The notes under the pieces: generated by a model
What the model was told of the DNA's origin: nothing
The model's input: only the letters and a program-made list of their open reading frames with translations
Database searches by the model: none
Translations under genes and position numbers: made by a program
Assembly: GCA_043779265.1 (NCBI GenBank)
Contig: JAYWEM010000155.1
Coordinates: forward strand, 1 to 34,250
Source of the DNA: a bacterium
GTDB taxonomy: Bacteria > Eisenbacteria > RBG-16-71-46
Reading direction: 5' to 3'
Length of the DNA: 34,250 nt
Shown here: positions 28,832 to 34,250 of the stretch, piece after piece
How positions within the stretch are numbered: position 1 is the first letter of the stretch
Layout of the letters: each line of letters begins with the position of its first letter

Positions 28832-31800
28832 GGCCTAGGCTCCGGCTCTCGGCCGGCCGCGGACTGGTCACGGCCCTGTTGTTGCTGGCCGCGGCACTCC
28901 TGCCGCGTGAATCCGCGGGCGCCTGCGCCGATACCGTGGTGGCGCGCGCGGTCAAGCGCTATGCGATCACCGGCAGTTCGCCGCAGACGTTCACCGAGAA
29001 CTGCACGTTGGCGGTGGTGGCGGGTCGCCGCTATCTGGTGGAGGTGCTGCGGCCGACCGGCGGGCCCAGCGGCAGCTACGCGCGCGTGGTCTACAAGGGC
29101 GTCGAGGTGCTGGGCACCGACGACCTGGGTGCCGGGGGCGTGCTGGTGAGCCGCGTGATCGCACCCGAGACCACCGCGACGCTGCTCGTGACGCTCTCGG
29201 GCAGCGTCGGATTCGGCGTGGACCTGCGCATCACGCACGTGCCGGAGCCGATGTACGCGGTCTTCAACAGGACGTTCGTGCGCGGCAGCGGCGCACCCAA
29301 GTGGCAGTCGCAGACGTTCGGGTTCCTCGACGGCACGCCGCCCGGGCCGTACCGGATGACCATCGTCAACGGCAACCCCGACTCCTCGCTGCGCACGCAG
29401 AACACCGAGATCGAGCTGAACGGCAACCCGGTCGTGTTCACGGGTGAGATCACGCAGGGCCGCGCGATCCTCACCTACGATGTGACACTGGAGTCCGAGA
29501 ACACCGTCCGGGCGAAGATCCACAGCCCCTCGGGCCGCAAGGTGAGCCTGTACTTCACGGCCACCGACACCTCGGGGCCTGCCATCGCGTTCGCCGCGCC
29601 ACCCGAGACGCTCGTGACACGTGATGCCACGATCGCGATCGGCGGCTTCGTGACCGAACCCGAGACCGGCGAGCGCCTGACGATGGACGGTGCGGCGGTA
29701 GCGCTGGTCGACGGCGCATTCTCGACGAGTGCGGCGCTGGCGACCGACGGCTGGCGTCAGTTCACGTTCGAGGCCACGAACGGCGGCTGCCAGAGCGCGA
29801 CAGCGACGCGCGTGGCGATTCGGGACACCTTGTCCCCGAGCATCACGATCAACTCGCCGAACCAGGCGTCCACGACCGTCTCTTCGGCTACGGACAGCAT
29901 CACCATCTCCGGCACGTGGCGCGACTCGACCCGGACGACGATCCGCGTGGACGGAGATACCGTGGCGACGGGCTGGGCGCTGCACTCGCCACTCGGGTTC
30001 TCGAGCAAAGTGCCGCTGGACTACGGGCCGAATGGGATCCTGGTCATGGGCCACGACGCGGCGGGCAACATCACGCGACTCAAGCGTTATGTGTTCCGCG
30101 CGCCGCCGGGCGGCTCGGGAGCGGACTCGAGCGCGTTCGCGGGCGGCGTCCCGGCGCTGCACGCCACCGAGGCGGCGGCGTTCCGGGGATCGATCCGGTT
30201 CCTGATCGCCGGCCAGAGCGGCATCGACACGACGGCGCTGCTGCCGGCACGCGAGGCCGTCGTCCGTGGGCGCGTGCGCTCACGCGACTTCGGCCCGCTC
30301 GGCGGCGTGCGGGTGAGCGCCATGGGGCAGAGCGCACTCGGTTCCACCGAGACCCGCAACGACGGCTGGTTCGACCTGGTGGTGAACGGCTCGGGTCCGG
30401 TGGTGCTGCGGTTCACGCGGCAGGAGTTCCTCGAGGTGCAGCGCCAGCTCGAGGTCCCGGCGAACGACTTCGCCACGCTCGGCTCCGATGTGACGATGAT
30501 CGGCCGCAGCACGAAGCTGTACGCCGTGAACACGAGCGGTACGCCGGCCCCCATCCGCGGCCGGTTCGAGGGGGACGCCAACGGCGAGCGCGAGATGACG
30601 ATGCTGTTCGCGCCTGCGACGGTGTGCTCGGTGACCACGAGCGGCGGCACCAGCACGTACACATCGTTCTCGGTGCGCTTGAAGGAGTTCACGGTGGGCG
30701 CTGAAGGGGACGAGTCGATGCCGGGTTCGTTGCCGCCGAGTTCCGCCTACACCTACTGCGTCGACATGACCGTGGCCGAGGCGGAGTCCGGCATACCCTC
30801 GGATGCGCCCGCCGACGTGCGGTTCAGCAAGCCGGTGGTGACCTACGTGCGCGAGTTCCTGGGGCTCAGTGTGGGCATGCGCATGCCTTCGGGTTGGTAC
30901 GATCAGCGGCGTGGCGTGTGGGTGGCTTCGGAGGACGGCTGGATCGTGAAGGTGCTGGGCAGCTCGAGCGGCCTGGCACTGCTCGACACGGATGGAGACG
31001 GCATTCACGACTCGCAGTCGAGGTTCGACAGTCTCGGTATCGACAGTCTGGAGCGGGCGCGGGTGGCGAGTCTGTACGCGGCCGGAGACAAGCTGTGGCG
31101 GGTCCGGGTGGAGCATTTCTCGCCGCGCGACCTCAACCTGAACGTGGCGGCGCTGACACTCGCCGCGAGCCCGGCCGCAGCGCGAGCGGGGCAGTTCGGG
31201 CAGTTGTTCGAGTTGCCGAGCGCCTCGTGCGGCTGCGTGATCGAGAACGAGAATCGCGTGCTGGGCGAGACCATCCCGGTGCAGGGCACGCCCTACGCCC
31301 TGCACTACCGCAGCAACCGCCAGCCTGGTGACAAGGCGATGCGTTCGATCCGCATCCCGCTCACGACGACGTTGCCCACGGGGCTGCGAGCGGTACGGCT
31401 CGAAGTCGAGGTGGCGGGTCGACGGTTCGCATGGCGGTTCCCATCGCCCGTGGCGAACGACGTGTTCCTGTTCGACGACTGGGACGGGACCGATGTGTAT
31501 GGTCGGCAGGTGCGTCGCTCGCTCGAGGCGACTGTGCGCATCGGCTACGAGTTCGATGCGTTCTTCTCCGCAGCGAGGCCGGGGCAAGGTGGCGCGTTCG
31601 GAGACGGCTCGCGCATCAAGACGACAGGGGCCTTCTCCGCATCGCAGGATCGCGCGGTGGGACGCATCGTGTGGAGCACGCAACGCATCGCCTTGGGAGC
31701 GCCGAGCATGGCTGCGGCGGGACTCGGTGGGTGGACGATCTCCCCACATCACGTGTACGACTCCAACGGTCGCGGCGCGCTCTATCGAGGTGATGGCGGG

Positions 31801-34250
31801 TTCCAGTACGGGACACGGAACTATGCGACCATCCGACCATTCGCGGGCAGCGGGCAGCTGATCTCGGTCCAGCCACAACGGCCACCGGACGGGACTCTCG
31901 CACTGCACAACCAGCTCATGAACATCAGTCCGGGAGACCTGCTCGTGTGGCCGAACGGGGACCTCTACTTCTCGGACGTGGGGCTCGGGGCCGTGGGACG
32001 GATCGCCGCGGACGGGAAGTTCTATCGCGTGATCGGCAACTCGACGTTGGAGCCGGGCTCCTATGCCGGCGATGGGACGCTGGCGAACGCCTGCGCGCTC
32101 AACAAGCCGCGGTCGATCGCTCGCATGGCCAACGGGAACCTCGCCGTGCTCGATCAGCAGTTCGCCGCGGTCTACGAAGTGCGTGCAGACAACCGCATCT
32201 ACCGCTTCGCAGGCGGATCCACGGGGCCGTGGGTGGAGGACACGCTCGCGATCCATGCGAGGCTGAACAATCCCTACTCCATGGCCGTCGGACCCGATGG
32301 CGTCATGTACATCGCGGATGAGATGCCGGGGAACCCGAGTCGCGGCAGGATCGTCCGCGTCGGGACGGATGGCCGGATCCGGACCTTCGCCGGCTCGGCG
32401 GGCGCTGCCACGCCCAACTTCGGAAACGAGACGAGCGGACGCGCGGACTCGCTGGCGATCGCACCCCGGATCGACGACATCGTCGTGGCCCGGAACGGGG
32501 CGATCTACTTCACGGAGCAGGCGCTCGAGCGCATCCGGCGTATCACGCCGGACGGGATACTGAGCACCGCCTACGTCGACGACTTGGCCTTTCCGAGCGC
32601 CGTCACGGAGGCCCCGGACGGGTCCATCTGCTTTCTGAGGGCGAAGGACAATGCAGTCACGGGCGCCTATCGGCTCGAACCCACGGGGGCGGCGACCGCG
32701 ATCGCGGGCGGAATCGCGCCGGGGGACTGCGCGAGTTTCGCATCACTCGCCGACGGTCCGTTCGCCGCCGCAGTCCGATTCCGCGGGCTCACCTCGCTCA
32801 CGTTCGGCCGGACCGGCGAGCTCTTCATCGCACAGACGTGCAATGGCGGTTCCGGCATCCTGCGAATGTCTCAGGAAATGCCCGGACAGGGTGCCGATGA
32901 GATCGCCGTGCCGAGCACCGATGCGAGCGAGGTGCACTATTTCACGCTGAGCGGCCGTCACCTGCGAACGGTCGATGTCACGACCGGGATCGTCTCCCAT
33001 CGCCTCGAGTACGACAGCGGCGGCAGGCTCGTGCGCATCCTGGATGCCGACGGCGACACGACGCGCATCACACGCGACGGCAGCGGCGTCGCGCTGACGA
33101 TCGTCGCCCCGAGGGGACAGGTGACGACGCTGACGCTCGCCGACTCCGCTCGGGTGCTCGCTCAGGTGACTGCGCCGGGCTCTCGCACTCACACGATGAC
33201 CTACACCGATGGCGGGCTGCTGGAGACGTACACCAATCCGCGCTCGAGGACCTGGGACTACGTGTGGGACGCCGCGCAGGGCCGGCTGTACGAGGACCAC
33301 GACCCTGCAGGGGGATGGCAGAGGTTCGCCCTGACGCAGGGGGACACCTCGCGCCGGGTCGTCAAGACCACAGCCGGGGCCCGTAGCACCGAGTATGTGC
33401 TCCTCGAGCGTCGAAACGGGTTCCGCCGACACTTCATCCATGCACCCGGCGGCGTGACGCAGAGCTGGGTGGACAGTGTCGGAACCGGCTCGGGGACAGC
33501 GACCATCGACTCCCTTCGCGGTCCAGTCACGGTCTCGCGCGGGCCAGCCGGGGAGCAGCGGATCGGATTCCAGCGCAGGGACCCGCGCTACGGCTGGGTC
33601 GCCCCGGTCGACACGCACGTGGTGTTCTCGCTGACCTCCAGCGGACCGGCCGCCTACGTCGGCTCGAGGCGGCTCCGCAGTGGCGCGACCGTGCAGGAGA
33701 GCTTCGCCATGAATGGGCGACGTTGGCTGAGCATGTACGACACGACAGCGATGCGGCACCACGCGCGAACGCCTGCCGGCCGATTGACGACGACGCAGCT
33801 GGACGCAGCGGGCCGCCCGACCAGCAGCACGCTCGGCACGCTGGCGCCGACCACCATCACGTACGACACGCACGGCCGTCCGACGCTGGTGGCGCAGGGC
33901 GGTCGCGGCCTGCGGCTCGCCTACGACGCGCTCGGCCGCACGTCTCATGTGCGCGACACGCTCGGTCGCATGACCACGTTCGGGTACGACGACGCCGACC
34001 GCATCACGTCGCAGGTGCTGCCGGGGAACCGCACGGTGGGGTACGGCTACGACGCCAACGGCAACCTGACGAGCCTGACGCCGCCCGGCCGTACGGCGCA
34101 CGCGTTCGCGCACACGCCGATCGATCTGGCGGAGTCCTACACGCCGCCCGCGGTCGCCGGCGTCTCGGACCCCGCGACCCGCTACACGTACGACCTCGAC
34201 GGCCTCCTGACGTCCCTGCAGCGCGCCGACGGCGGTGACGTGAGCCCGGG
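28828..34250 (+). CDS. teneurin-like RHS/YD-repeat protein, 3' truncated by the window end (>1800 aa)
   Basis: ATG 28828 (ATGA overlap); no in-frame stop seen to the window end. Signal peptide; DTxxPxI Ig-like repeats (29566, 29824); TTR-like AVVRGRV..GPLGGVRVS..TETRNDGWFDLVVNG (30256 on); FN-plug ENRVLGETIPVQGTPYALHYRS, WDGTDVYGRQV, GLGGWTISPHHVYD; NHL repeats (MAVGPDGVMYIADE); YD repeats (YDALGR, YDDADRI, YDANGNLTSLTPPGR). Confidence 0.9.
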   Translation, partial: MRPRLRLSAGRGLVTALLLLAAALLPRESAGACADTVVARAVKRYAITGSSPQTFTENCTLAVVAGRRYLVEVLRPTGGPSGSYARVVYKGVEVLGTDDLGAGGVLVSRVIAPETTATLLVTLSGSVGFGVDLRITHVPEPMYAVFNRTFVRGSGAPKWQSQTFGFLDGTPPGPYRMTIVNGNPDSSLRTQNTEIELNGNPVVFTGEITQGRAILTYDVTLESENTVRAKIHSPSGRKVSLYFTATDTSGPAIAFAAPPETLVTRDATIAIGGFVTEPETGERLTMDGAAVALVDGAFSTSAALATDGWRQFTFEATNGGCQSATATRVAIRDTLSPSITINSPNQASTTVSSATDSITISGTWRDSTRTTIRVDGDTVATGWALHSPLGFSSKVPLDYGPNGILVMGHDAAGNITRLKRYVFRAPPGGSGADSSAFAGGVPALHATEAAAFRGSIRFLIAGQSGIDTTALLPAREAVVRGRVRSRDFGPLGGVRVSAMGQSALGSTETRNDGWFDLVVNGSGPVVLRFTRQEFLEVQRQLEVPANDFATLGSDVTMIGRSTKLYAVNTSGTPAPIRGRFEGDANGEREMTMLFAPATVCSVTTSGGTSTYTSFSVRLKEFTVGAEGDESMPGSLPPSSAYTYCVDMTVAEAESGIPSDAPADVRFSKPVVTYVREFLGLSVGMRMPSGWYDQRRGVWVASEDGWIVKVLGSSSGLALLDTDGDGIHDSQSRFDSLGIDSLERARVASLYAAGDKLWRVRVEHFSPRDLNLNVAALTLAASPAAARAGQFGQLFELPSASCGCVIENENRVLGETIPVQGTPYALHYRSNRQPGDKAMRSIRIPLTTTLPTGLRAVRLEVEVAGRRFAWRFPSPVANDVFLFDDWDGTDVYGRQVRRSLEATVRIGYEFDAFFSAARPGQGGAFGDGSRIKTTGAFSASQDRAVGRIVWSTQRIALGAPSMAAAGLGGWTISPHHVYDSNGRGALYRGDGGFQYGTRNYATIRPFAGSGQLISVQPQRPPDGTLALHNQLMNISPGDLLVWPNGDLYFSDVGLGAVGRIAADGKFYRVIGNSTLEPGSYAGDGTLANACALNKPRSIARMANGNLAVLDQQFAAVYEVRADNRIYRFAGGSTGPWVEDTLAIHARLNNPYSMAVGPDGVMYIADEMPGNPSRGRIVRVGTDGRIRTFAGSAGAATPNFGNETSGRADSLAIAPRIDDIVVARNGAIYFTEQALERIRRITPDGILSTAYVDDLAFPSAVTEAPDGSICFLRAKDNAVTGAYRLEPTGAATAIAGGIAPGDCASFASLADGPFAAAVRFRGLTSLTFGRTGELFIAQTCNGGSGILRMSQEMPGQGADEIAVPSTDASEVHYFTLSGRHLRTVDVTTGIVSHRLEYDSGGRLVRILDADGDTTRITRDGSGVALTIVAPRGQVTTLTLADSARVLAQVTAPGSRTHTMTYTDGGLLETYTNPRSRTWDYVWDAAQGRLYEDHDPAGGWQRFALTQGDTSRRVVKTTAGARSTEYVLLERRNGFRRHFIHAPGGVTQSWVDSVGTGSGTATIDSLRGPVTVSRGPAGEQRIGFQRRDPRYGWVAPVDTHVVFSLTSSGPAAYVGSRRLRSGATVQESFAMNGRRWLSMYDTTAMRHHARTPAGRLTTTQLDAAGRPTSSTLGTLAPTTITYDTHGRPTLVAQGGRGLRLAYDALGRTSHVRDTLGRMTTFGYDDADRITSQVLPGNRTVGYGYDANGNLTSLTPPGRTAHAFAHTPIDLAESYTPPAVAGVSDPATRYTYDLDGLLTSLQRADGGDVSP

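Noticed and set aside
30280..34113. Long minus-strand ORFs (30280-32256, 32743-34113, also 28672-30162)
   Set aside because: Antisense shadows of the teneurin-like gene; Arg/Ala/His-rich with no recognisable motifs.

Overview
GC-rich bacterial chromosomal window. The cell is diderm (Kdo/Lpt genes). Gene order, the multi-copy-type HNH gene and the 'FDVxGRRV...SGxxFARL' C-terminal domain suggest Ca. Eisenbacteria or a related FCB-like lineage (inference only). Most of the window is housekeeping: rng/rne, a GT-C glycosyltransferase, rplU-rpmA-mdh, kdsB-pyrG-kdsA-kdsC-kdsD, then lptC-lptB-rpoN-hpf-hprK, a complete mannose-family PTS (EIIA/B/C/D, HPr, EI), PGI/PMI and metK. Two accessory regions stand out. 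(1) 6.3-8.75 kb holds a frameshifted DMT gene, an intact HNH endonuclease gene, and a chimeric remnant made of a decayed beta-propeller repeat fused to a second copy of the HNH protein's C-terminal helical domain. (2) 26.8 kb to the end is a two-gene unit. A frameshifted secreted 7-repeat propeller protein with a T9SS-like CTD is translationally coupled to a >1800-codon ORF that the ORF track misses because it runs off the window. That ORF is a signal-peptide-bearing bacterial teneurin-like protein (Ig repeats, TTR-like domain, FN-plug, NHL propeller, YD shell). A sigma54 site abutting a sigma70 -35 box lies upstream of the rpoN-containing operon.
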